NCBI GenBank assembly: GCA_016748015.1
Contig: JAAOMT010000034.1
Location: 434,001 to 498,000, forward strand
DNA length: 64,000 bases
Reading direction: 5' to 3'
From: Geosiphon pyriformis uo1
Taxonomy: Eukaryota > Fungi > Glomeromycota
The notes beneath the pieces are model-generated. The model was not told where the DNA came from and made no database searches. It was given only the letters and a program-made list of their open reading frames with translations. This document shows positions 14,200 through 25,562 of the stretch, piece after piece. How positions within the stretch are numbered: position 1 is the stretch's first letter; every line of letters begins with the position of its first letter. The position numbers were made by a program, and so were the translations under genes.

Positions 14200-15275
14200 A
14201 AAGGATGATATTATGGTTGAAACTTATACTTCTTATTAATTATTACATGTATTAGCCACTGATGTCATATAAATTAACCACACTATTTTTAAATAGTGAT
14301 CATTGATCTGATTATTGACTACTTTTGACAGCTATATAAGTGATAAATCTCTTAACTGTAGAAAAAACATGTTCAAAATAATCAAGAATAAATAAAATAA
14401 CAACTTTTATCTCAATCATTTTCTTATCACTAATTTTCTTTTCCCTATCTTTAAGTATCTGAACATCTTAGAATAAAAAATTACTTGTTGGTTAATTCTT
14501 ACCCTTTTTCTGAAACATATAAGTGTAGCATTTGAAGATTATTAAATAAAATGTGACTAAAAAGCACATTTGATACTTGATATTGAATTTTAAGAATGCC
14601 AATGTGAGGCATAGAATTATACAAGTGTGATCATTTGTTAACAGTATGAACTATCTCTCTACCTTCAGATTCTCCAGTTATCTTTTGAAAAGAATAGCAA
14701 CTAAGATATTTTATAAGACTGATCTTGCACATTGAATCCATACTTATTCAATTTGCTCTTTGAAGTTGAATTCTCTTTGATTATTTCCATCACCTTACAA
14801 TTTTGTTCTCTCTTGCTATCTGTTAGCTTGTTACTCCAATCTGTAACAATACTATTCACAAACCAATGGGCTAGTTGAAAGGTTTAACAGAATATTGTGT
14901 GAAGTCATTGTTAAAATCAGCCAAGAAAACCAGGATGAATGAGATTTGATTATAATATCAGTATTATTTGCTTATTGGACAATGAAATAAGACATTACAC
15001 AAGCAACACCATTTGAATTAGTATATATTAGAACAGCAACATTACCAGTTGAGATAGAAGTCAAGACATATTCAACAGAACCAATAACAGAAGAAAATTT
15101 TCAAAGAACATTGTTAAGAAGAACATATGATTTAATGGAGACACTAGAAAACACACAGTAAAAAGCAGCTGATAACATCCAAAAGTCACAAGAAAAACAA
15201 AAATAGAGACATGACAACCAACTACCAGAGAAACTAGTTGAATTCAAGATTGAAAACAAAGTACTTCTACATCAT

Positions 15276-16141
15276 TGTTACTGGAGGTTTTTGGTCTCTT
15301 TTCTTAAATGTTGTAAATATCTGTTGGTTGCAAATTCATGTTTTCTAGAAGTAGTTGAACCTCCAATAACTGAATTTATCTTCAAATTATCTTCTATAAT
15401 TTGAACTTGCTGGGCTTATAAGTGGAATGACCAATTCCTTGCCAGTTACTTTATGTAGTTACATTGTAGTAAATGTTAACTCTTTCTCAGGAATTGCTCG
15501 TCTAGAAGCTTACTAAAAATGTGTAGTTACTTTGCTGTGAAAGTCAACTCTTTTACAGAAATCTTGTCTGTAGACTACCTTAATAATTATAATAAGAAAA
15601 TAAAAGAAATGTAAAAGAAATATAAAAGAAATTGAATTCTGTTAAGAGAAACGTTTTTTATCCAGGCCTGGAGTCACTAACAGTTTACTAAAATTGGTAG
15701 TTAATCAATTTCAAAATGTTAGTTGGGTTTTGGGAATTTTCCAAGTGCAATAATTAAAGAATTTGGTTTTTCAAATTATTTGATATTTTTTTTTTTGTGT
15801 GTGTAGGAATGGTTCTAAGTGATAAATCTAAAGTAAGATACATTTTTTTGAAGAGAAAGCTCTTCTTTTATACAACTGGTTGTAGTATTAGTCTATAAAC
15901 TTGCACTTTTTCTCTTTGCTCAAATTTTGGCAAATTTCTGAATGTTACAAAGTTCAGAGTATTGTGTAATTTGATCATCCTACTTTTTGTTATACTAATT
16001 GGATTATTTAATTGAATCGTGATATGTGATAATTGATTAAATAATAAATGATAATTTGAAATGATGTTAATATACTAATTAATTATAGGAATTATAAGGG
16101 TAATTTCATGCTAATTAATAGCTAAAATTCTATTGGTAATA
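15276..16141 (-). mobile_element. solo LTR, family D (copy D2), inverted, inserted in the integrase C-terminus of B
   Basis: Reverse complement of 1618-2593 at both ends. TSD tcat/ttgt; removal restores the VLLH(R)TKAEKQW-like sequence seen at ~19615. Confidence 0.9.
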
Positions 16142-16480
16142 TTGTATTAAAGCAGAAAAACAATGGAGTGAAAAATTTGATCTCAAATGGGATGAACCAT
16201 TTCATATAGAAGAAATTCTTGGAAATAAAGCTTATAAATTAAGATTGAACAACAAAATCTTAACCAAAGCAGCATATAGTGATTGACTGAAATTATATCA
16301 CCATATAGCATTATTATCTACCAGTAATATTTCACAATTAGGAGTACAGAAAATATTAGTCAAACCAGATGAAATTTCATAAGACCTGGAACCAATCATA
16401 ATCATTGAATTAAACACATAGAATTGAACAATAAAAGAGTATATAAAAGCATGATAAACATGATGGAAGATTTCAAAAAA

Positions 16481-17119
16481 ATGGAGATCACTAATGACAT
16501 CCACTCACTAGTACAACAATTCTTTTAACTGATTCAATAACAGAATATGGAAATTACTATCAATCAACAAACCATTTAATACCGAGATACCAGAAAGATA
16601 TTCAAATACAAAATTCAAAAGAAAACAGAAAACACTATTAACAAAATGGTTCTGAAAATAAAAGTAGCAATAAAAGAACCAATAAATATCACCATATATC
16701 AAGAGTTGACCAAAGAAACTTAGAAATAGTGGATACTCAAATTTCCAAAGAACTTTTGTTATTTTCACTTGGGATGACACTTGAATATTCAGAACTTATA
16801 TATGAATAAAACAAAACAACTATTTGACACAACTATACTGCAACAACTAGAACAATTTGTGAAAAAAAACAATTTGACTACACAAGCAAAAGCCATCTAT
16901 TGGCTACATACTGAATTTTAAGATAGACCAGAAATCTTACTTAATCCAGAAATAAACTCTATTACAGTTAACCAAATAAGAAAAATAACTAACGCTCAAT
17001 TTGAAGAATTACAAAACAGAATAACACAAGTAATTTTTGAAAAAGAAGTTCAAAAAATACTCAAAGATAGAGAATTAGAGTTAGGAGATTTGGAAAATTT
17101 CGACAAAGCTCAATATTAA
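16481..17119 (+). pseudogene. extra ORF3 of element B (~212 aa ancestral, unknown function)
   Basis: ATG...TAA over 639 nt in one frame. All internal stops fit CAA/CGA/TGG transitions. Homologue at 19964-20592. Confidence 0.8.
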
Positions 17120-17133
17120 AAAAAAGGGAATAA

Positions 17134-17964
17134 TGTTATTCATAGAACATAGGAAGTATATTAGCACATAAATTAGCCAATCAGAAGTAACTGTAGTAAA
17201 TGTGGAATTCCAGAATTCCTCTCAAGAGAAATTGCAGGATTCTAGGAATTTTAGGATTCTCGTACAAGGAATCACAAGATTCCAGAATTCCAAGATTCCT
17301 CTCAAAAGGGATTACAGGATTTTAGGAATTTCAAGATTCTTGGTATGAAGAATTGAGGAATTGAGGAATCTCAATTATGTATATATAGCAGTAGTATTAG
17401 AAGTAGAAAAGACAGACCTCTCAGTTTAGATTTAATCTAAGCAATCTTTCACATTGAAAATATTAATAAATAATTATTTACTATCTTAATCCACTTTTTA
17501 CTATTCATACTTAATCATACTGGAACAATAGCTCTTAATCACGGCTATTGACAGGATACTAACTTGAAAAAAATCATCTTGGTTTATTTTTTTATTTGCT
17601 TTATTTTTTTTATTTTCTATTGTTATTTCTTTTGTTGTTTACTAAATTGATTAAGAATTAAGCACTGAATTATTGACATCAAGAATTGCCTGGTAAAAGA
17701 CCCCTGCAAGTGAGTAGAACATGTACAAGAATTATGGATTACTTATCAGAGGATTGCCAGCCACCAAGCTGAGAAAAAAATTGATGGAATTGCAATTTTA
17801 GAAGACTACTGAAAACCACTATTGAATCTCTGTTTATTATACAAAGAACTTAACCAAAACTTTCAGATACAAACCACCTTCAGTAATCAACATCTTTATA
17901 TCAATTAAACACTAAATTACAGATTTGTTATTTGCTTTAAGACCCCAAATAATCACCTGTAACA
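17134..17964 (+). repeat. 3' LTR of element B
   Basis: Preceded by a polypurine tract; collinear with 4205-5041, differing mostly by transitions. Confidence 0.95.
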
Positions 17965-17968
17965 CCAC

Positions 17969-19905
17969 TTTATTAAAGACTTTTCCAAAATAGCTTAACC
18001 ACTACACTAACTCCAAACAAAGAACACCAAATATGAATGAACAGAAACTTAACAAAAAGCTTTTGATATATTAAAAAGAAAGCTAATTCAAGTCTCAGTA
18101 CTAATCTATTCAGATTATAGCAAACCATTTATAATAACAACTGATATATCTAGTCAAACATTGGGAGCAGTATTATCTCAAAAAAAACTGGACAGACAAG
18201 AACATCCAGTAGCTTATGCCAGTAGAAGCTTAAGTCCAGCTAAAAAAAACTATAGAACTCCAGCACTGGAACACTTAGCTATCTATTGGGCTGTCACCAA
18301 ATAGAAAAAATACTTGAGTCAAAAGTTTGATGTGTACACCAATCACAAAGGATTGACTTCAATCCAGAAGCAAAAATTTGGAAACAACCACCATAGAAGA
18401 TGGAAAATAGCACTATTACTATATACATTTATAGTACATTATAAAAAGAGAAAAGACAATGGAAATGCCAACAGTTTGTTGCAAATAAGACAAGTCTAAA
18501 ACATTTCAACCCAAAAATATAACAAAAGATGAATATACAAAAATACCAACAACTCCAACATTATATAAATACCCAATTGTTCAAAAAGAAATTATTTCAA
18601 AAAAAACAAAACAACATAAAACAACAATCAAAATATTTTATCAATTACCAAAATATACTTTACCAAAAAAACAAAAAGAATTCAGATCAATCAACCAAAG
18701 TAATCACGGAACCAGAGAAAGAAACAATACTATTCAACATGTACTCAAATCCAACAGCAAGACATTTCCATAAAGAAGCAACAATAGAAAGAACCAGAAA
18801 AAGATATTATTAGCCATCTATGTATTCAGACATTATTCAATATGTTCAGAACTGTAATGCTTGTTAGAGAAAAGAAGGAACAAAACCAAGTGAACTATTG
18901 AGACCAATTAAAGTGAGTTAACCATTTAACCACATTAGAATTAACTTAGTTGGACCATTAACAATCACCAGCAGAGACAACAAATATATTGTGGTAGTCA
19001 TGGATTATCTCACAAAATGGCCAGAAACAAAAGCCATTCAAAAAGCAGATACAAAATCCGTTGTTGAATTTGTCCATCAAAATTTGATCTGTTAACACAG
19101 ATGTCCAAAAAAACTACTATTAGATTAAGAAACTCACTTTGTGAATAGAACATTGACAGAATTAAGTCAAAGATTTGGGATAAAAAAACCACTATTATTA
19201 CTATATTATCCACAAACCAACAGATTAGTTGAAAGATTCAATAGAACATTGTGTAAAGCAATAGCCAAAATCAGCCAAAAAAACCAGAACAAATAGGATT
19301 TAATCATACTATCAGTATTATTTGCTTATCAGACAATGAAGCAAAACACTACACAAGCAACACCATTTGAATTAATATATGGTAGAACAGCAACATTACC
19401 AGTTGAGATAGAAGTCAAGACATATTTAACAGAACCAATAACAGAAAAAAATTTCCAAAGAACATTGTTAAAAAGAACATATAACTTAATGAAGACACTA
19501 GAAAACACATGATGAATAGCAGCTAATAACATACAAAAGTCACAAAAAAAATAAAAAAAAAGACATGATAACCAACTATTAGAGAAACCAGTTGAATTTA
19601 AGATTGGAGACAAAGTACTTCTATATTATACCAAAGCAAAAAAACAATGGAGTGGAAAATTTGATCCCAAATAAGATGAACCATTTCACATAGAAGAAAT
19701 TCTTGAAAATGGAGCTTATAAATTAAGATTAAACAATTAAATCTTAATCAAAGCAACACATGGAGATTAACTGAAACAATACCACAGTACAATATCATCA
19801 TCAACCAGTAATATTCCACAATTAGGAGTACAGAGAATACTAGTCAAACCAAATAAGATTCCACAAAATCTAGAACCAATTATAATTATTGAACTAAACA
19901 CATAA
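17969..19905 (+). pseudogene. RNase H and integrase of element A
   Basis: Collinear with B 10768-12006, 14853-15275 and 16146-16421. HPVAYASR, YTNHKGL, HHCC and DYLTKWPE motifs. No chromodomain at the C-terminus. Confidence 0.9.
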
Positions 19906-19963
19906 AATTGAACAACCAAAGAGTATATAAAAACATGATATACGTGACAAAAAACAGCAGAAA

Positions 19964-20592
19964 ATGAAGATTACTAACAGCATTTACTTACTAGCACAAC
20001 AATTCTTTCAACTGATCCAACAACAAGAAATGAAAATTACAATCAACCAACAACTATCAGATACACAAATACCAGAAAAAAAACACGAGATAAAATATGG
20101 AGAAAAACAGAAAACACTGTTGACAAAATAATCACAAAAGTGAAATTAGCAATAGAAACACAACCAAAAATAACCCAATATCAAGAATTGACTATAGAAA
20201 CTTGGAATTGGTAAATACAACAATTTCCAAGAAACTTTTGTTGCTTTTATCTAAAACAACACGTGAACATTCAGGACTTGTACATGGATAAAACAAAATG
20301 ATTATTTGACACAACAATACTGCAACAACTGGAAAAATTTGTAGAGAAGAACAATTTGACTACACAAGCAATAGTTATTTACTGATTATACACCAGATTT
20401 CAAGATCGACCAGAAATTTTACTTGATCCAGAAATGAACTTCATTACCATTAACCAAATGGGAAAAATAATCAATGCTCAATTTGAAGAATTACAAAACA
20501 AAATAGCACAAATAATTCTTGAAAAAAAAGTTCAAAAAATACTCAAAGATGGAGAATTAGAATTAGAAGATCTTGATGGAGCTCAATATTAA
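19964..20592 (+). pseudogene. extra ORF3 of element A
   Basis: Homologous to 16481-17119; ends DLDGAQY* immediately before the PPT. Confidence 0.78.
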
Positions 20593-20606
20593 AAAGAAGG
20601 GAATAA

Positions 20607-21476
20607 TGTTACTCATAAAATATAGGAAGTATATTAGTATAGAAACTAACCAATCAGAAGTAGCCATAGTAAAAGTGGAATTCTAGAATTTCTCTTATAG
20701 GAATTGCAAGATTTCAGGAATTTCAGGATTCTTATACAAGGAATTACAGGATTCCAGAATTCCAGAATTCCTCTTAAAAGAATTGCAGGATTCCTGGTGT
20801 GAAGAATTAAGGAATTGAGAAATCTCAATTATGTATATATAGCAGTAGTATTAGAAGTAGAAAAAACAAACCTCTTAGTTTAAATTTGATTTAAACAATT
20901 TGTTTATTTACAAATATTAATAAATAATTATTTACTATCTTAATCCATTCTCCACTATCAATACTTCTTGTTGATAATAATCAATACTTAAACCACACTG
21001 GAACAATAGCTCTTGATTATGGCTATTAATGAGATACTAATATTTATTGTCTTGGCTTATTTTTTTTATTTTTCTATTATTTTTTTTATTTTTTTTCTGT
21101 TGTTATTTTTTTTGTTGTATAAATTGATTAAGAATTAAAAGTGCTGAAATAAAAACATCATAGGGACTGGTAAAAGACCTGTGAAACAAGGATAAAACAC
21201 TTATAAATTTAAGAATAGCTTACTAAGAGAATTACCAGCCATCATGCTAAGAAAAAATTTTGACAGAATTGCAATTCCGGGAGACTACTGAAAACAATTA
21301 TTGAATCTCTGTTCATTATACAAAAGACTCAACCAAAACCTTCAGATAACCAAAACCTTCAGATAATAATACCTTTGGATCCATAATACTTCTGACAACT
21401 GATATCAAGCAAGACATTAAGCACCAAGTTACAGATTTGGTATTTGATTTGAGACTCCAAATAATCATCTGTAACA
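20607..21476 (+). repeat. 3' LTR of element A
   Basis: TGTTACTCAT...CTGTAACA, homologous to the B LTRs and preceded by a PPT. Confidence 0.93.
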
Positions 21477-23200
21477 CTATTTAGCATAATACATCAAACT
21501 AAATAATCTAAATTAGACATAAATTATATATTTTCTACACATAAACAGTTACCTAAACCAGTCAAAACAATACTATGAATCTATTATAACAGATACAGAG
21601 CTATTAATACCAGAAAAAAAACTGTAAGGCTTGTGAAAACCAAAACTGATACCATGTGTCTCTATAATACCAAGTAACTTAATAACACTATTAAAAAACA
21701 AAGATGAAAATCCACAAGTAGTGAAAAACACCAAATTATTACAAAAAATCAAACTTTTTCTTATTAAAATCATTTTAAACTTAGCTTTTACCAATCACAC
21801 TTCTATTTAATAAACAATCTCCAAATTTTTTATTGATTGATGACTATTTTGTCTACAATTTTAGCATATTTGAATACTAACAAAGTCTTCAAATACCAGT
21901 TTTTAAAAACAAAATCTTTGTATAAAATTATATATACCTCAAAGTCAAAAACACATATAAAAAGCATCTGCATAACTCAAAACAATGATAAATCCAAGCC
22001 TAACAAAAAAGCCCATCAAGCTAAGTAAGAATCAATTAAGTTTATATAAATGGCAAAATTCATCATACATGTAAATAAATAATCAAAAAGTTCTATTTCT
22101 TTGCAATGAAGATATAATACACTAGAGTACATCTTATTATACAATCATTTTTTGACAACAATAGGCAAATAATAATACAAAGTCTTCATAAAATATAAAT
22201 GTAAGTCAACTATAAATTTACTAGTAAAATCAGCTGCCATATATGAATTAGACTGCCAAACCAATGAAGTCTAATTCCAATTTACATCCTCAATCATATT
22301 AATACCAATGATATTAGATCCAGATCCAACTTCCCAACAAGCCTAATAAACAGTTCTAAAAATATTATGAGTAAAATAACAAATATTATCAGACATTATT
22401 ATTTTATCAGTCTTAATAAATCTTTTTTTAACAAGAACAAGGAACACCAAATTTGAATATGAAGCCAAATCAGCCAACTTGTTGGCTTGTTCATTTTCCA
22501 GAACACTCAAATGGTCTTTAACTTTAAACCAAAATACACTAATTTTCTTGTTTCTAATAGAGTTTACAATACTATGTCTTTTTATCTAACAACAATTACA
22601 GAAATCTGGCAGAGTCAATCTTAATTTAATAATGCATGTATTCAAAATGGCTTAATTGTCTAAATGCACCACAATATGATTACTAACTAGAACACATTCC
22701 AAAGCAAGAGCAATAGTTTGTAATTTAACTAATATTAAAGAAACCAAACAACTAACTTTAACACTAATATTTAGATTTAAGTCAGCAAAAAATGCAGCAG
22801 CATTATATTTTATCTTGTGTATACTTAAGTTTTTTAGAGAACTATCTGTATAAACATTGATAACATTTAAATTGACATCAAAAAGACATTGCTACACTGA
22901 TAAAAAACCACCAGAACCAAAAACACTCAAAAACAGAAATCTATTGTAAAAAGGCTAAACAACAAGATCATAAAAGGAGCAAACCAAATACTTGTATGCC
23001 AATTTAAACTACTTAGGAACAAGGTCTTTGGAATTGGGTTTTTTTCAATAATAAAATCTCTTTTAATTAAAAACTAAGCCTTTTTTATTATATAATTGTT
23101 TAACAAAAACAATACTAAATCTTTTAAGTAATCTAAAAACATTATAGAATACTAAATCTTCTAAACAGAAAACATTAAAATACCATCTGAAAACTGAAAT
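21477..23200 (-). mobile_element. old, 5'-truncated LINE remnant (RNase H, C-terminus, part of 3' UTR), cut by element A
   Basis: Minus strand gives WEVGSG (~22320-22337), NVYTDSSL (~22840-22860) and WFKVKDH, collinear with 32520-34240. 21477-21575 matches the LINE 3' UTR. Confidence 0.85.
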
Positions 23201-23425
23201 AGAGACATTTGGTATTAGTTTTGGTTTGTATAAGTCTTACTTTTTTTTTTTAAGCATTAAAAACTCAGTTTTGATTTATATAAATGCATAGTGTTGTTTT
23301 AATCAGCCCAAGTGGCTGGTTACATGTAAAAAAACCATGATTCATATCTAGTTTAGATTACTTATATAATGTATTGTACTAGGCAGTATATAAATCTTAC
23401 TTGTTAAATAATAATAATAATAATA
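23201..23425 (+). mobile_element. very short LINE 3' fragment with (AAT)n tail
   Basis: Matches 34059-34275 (EAFG...SV.I.*, then 3' UTR ...gtggctggttacatgta...cttgttaaa). Confidence 0.82.
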
Positions 23426-23558
23426 AAAATTAAATTAGTTATAATTAGTACATATTTGTATTTTTAATCTAATTTAACATAATTTAAATTTTTTAAAAAC
23501 CAAATTAAATAAATAATAACAATTTTGCTTTTATTATTATTAAAACAAATTATAATAT

Positions 23559-25554
23559 TAAGATTCCAATTAAATCAAACTGAACCAAACTTTGGAATAT
23601 TGTTCAAATTTAGTTTAAATTATAAACCAAACTTGAATTAAACCAATTTTTCAAAGTAAATTTAGTTTGAATTTAGTATTGAATTTTTTTGACAAGTCTG
23701 AATTTAATTTAAGTCTGGTTCAAAGTTTACAAACTTGTTTAAGTTTAATAGCATTAAAAAAAAATATAACTTATACTACTTGTTTATTAATTATTACTTT
23801 GTTTAATTACCATGATCAGTTAAAGAGATATATAAAACTATGTATGTATAACAACTTTACTCTCCAACTTACTAAAATGAATTCATTGTTAATATCATTC
23901 AATATTATCAAATATTTAAAATTCAAAATAATGAAATTTAATAATTCAAATAATCCAAATATTAATATATTTAGTAAACATAGTTTTTAAAGTAAAGTAT
24001 AAGATTATTTTAATAAGTTTAAGTAAACAAAAGAAAAAAAACAGCTAAATATACAGTTTTAAAATAGATACATAAACCATTTTTTTGTAGAACTACAAAC
24101 ACTATCAAATTTTTATAGTTTTATTTAGAGACTTTTTATTAAACAATATATGTTACAATAAAAACATATCATAAGAAAAAACAAAATGTTCAAAAAAATT
24201 GCAGATTAATTAAAGCAATGTTTTGATGAATAAGATTGTCAATTTAACTAAAAAACTGTAAAAAATATCTATTTAAATTATTATTTTTATTAATAATTTA
24301 ATATTTAGGCATATCAAACATAATTTTTTTATTTTGCATATATGACTTATAATTATTTAACAATTCAAAAATCATTTGTTGTTTCTGAACACACTTTTTC
24401 TGCAGGTGAAAATATGATTACAAATATAAAGTCTTGCTTAGTATCTAAAATTATAAAAGCAATACAGTGTTTTTAATTATGGATGCAGGAATTATTAAAA
24501 AAAAATTAAATAATAATATAATATAATATAATGTTTTTAATAGTTAAACTTAAACATGTTTATAAACTTCAAACCAAACTTGTTGTATATTATTACTTAT
24601 AAAAATTAAAAATTATAATAATAAGTAAAATAGCCAATCAAAAATAAGCATAATAAAACAAGAAATTTCAGGATTTTTTTTGAGAAATTGCAGAATTCCA
24701 AAATTCTAGTATTTTTCTTGAAAAATTACAGGATTCTTAAAAATTTCATATAACACAAATTATATATATATAGTAAGAGTATTAGAAACAGAAAAGAGGC
24801 AGAATTCATTAAAGTTCAAAACAATAATACTTTTTCTTTTAAAATATAGTTTTCTATAACTTGAAGTAAAAACTCATTAATATCAATAAAAAAATATCTA
24901 ATTATTATTTAAATCTATATTATTATTAATTGATTAAAAATATTAATTATTTTTCTATTATCAACATAAAATATTGATAGAATTCAATACTTAATTATAT
25001 TGAACCAATAGTTCTTAATCATGGCTATTAATAAGATACTAATTTTTTATTTTTTTTTATTTTTTATTATTATTTTTTGTTTTGTTTTTTTGTTGTTTAT
25101 TAATTAATTAAAAGAATTAAGTATTAAGTATTTAATGTCAAGAATAGCCTATTAAAAAACCTGAAAATAAGAGTAAAAACTTAAGAATAGCTTATTAAAA
25201 GGACATAACTATTAAAATAAACTGGTCACCACACTAAAAAAAAAATTTACAGAAAAAATCATCAATTAAATCTCTGTTCATTATACAAAAAACTCAATTA
25301 AAATCTTCAAACTCTAAAACTTTTAAAAATTACCAATATTTCCAGCTATTAAGTACTAAATTACAGATTTGTTATTTGTATTAATATCTCAAATAATTAC
25401 CTGTAACAATGTATTTAAATTCAGTTCAAGTTTAATAATTTTAAGTTTGATTTAAGTTCGAGTTTAAAATTTTGCCAAATTTTTTATTTGAGTTTGGTTC
25501 AGTTCAATAGTTCAATTAAATTCAAACCAAACTGGATCAAATATTAAAATCTTA
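23559..25554 (+). mobile_element. internally deleted hAT DNA transposon containing a solo LTR
   Basis: Imperfect TIRs TAAGATTCCAAT / ATTAAAATCTTA and 8-bp TSD tataatat/tataatac. Subterminal gaaccaaac/gttcaa repeats. Decayed hAT dimerisation domain at ~24330-24490 (YLTIQKSFVVSEHTFSAGENMIT...IKAIQCF*LW). Confidence 0.85.
24591..25408 (+). mobile_element. heavily decayed solo LTR of the A/B family
   Basis: Starts tattacttat (= TGTTACTCAT), ends cctgtaaca; internal blocks tagccaatca and atggctatta match the B LTR. TSD atat/atgt. Confidence 0.85.
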
Positions 25555-25562
25555 TATAATAC

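Larger units (their letters stand above)
12007..14848 (+). mobile_element. internally deleted Ty3/gypsy element C (second family), inserted in the integrase of B
   Basis: Truncated 5' LTR 12007-12328 and full 3' LTR 14209-14848 ending TAACA. PPT-like agaaaggatga. TSD atat/atac restores PYHPQTNG of B. Only integrase and ORF3 remain inside. Confidence 0.9.
5104..16421 (+). pseudogene. gag-pol polyprotein of element B: Gag with CCHC knuckle, protease, Cys-rich domain, dUTPase, RT, RNase H, integrase
   Basis: ORF fragments at 5104, 5749, 6487, 7252, 8431, 8878 and 9091 share one frame. CHNCGKQDYIRANC at ~6790. RT YLDD decayed to YLNN (~10497). HHCC zinc finger at ~11540-11665 and RPFNHIEIDLV. 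Interrupted by element C and LTR D2. Confidence 0.92.
4205..17964 (+). mobile_element. full-length Ty3/gypsy element B (same family as A), nested in A
   Basis: Two ~830-bp LTRs (TGTTA...TAACA), PBS, gag-pol, ORF3, PPT at ~17118-17133 and 4-bp TSD ctgc/ccac. Confidence 0.95.
1..21476 (+). mobile_element. Ty3/gypsy LTR retrotransposon copy A (5' end outside window), interrupted by solo LTR D1 and element B
   Basis: Order PR-Cys-rich-dUTPase-RT (1-4200), then RNase H-integrase (17969-19905), ORF3, PPT (aaaaagaagggaataa) and a 3' LTR TG...CA at 20607-21476. Removing 4205-17968 rejoins the RT motif GYY(R)(R)FIK, as in the uninterrupted copy at ~10755. Confidence 0.92.

Noticed and set aside
16146-16421. 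Chromodomain at the integrase C-terminus
   Set aside because: After the GPY/F-like region there is only a short low-complexity tail with no aromatic-cage pattern.
21477-21480. Right TSD of element A (ctat) as a fifth CpG target
   Set aside because: Compatible with decayed ccgc, but the left TSD lies outside the window, so it was not counted.
23667-23990. 107-aa ORF
   Set aside because: Low-complexity product of AT-eroded hAT subterminal sequence.
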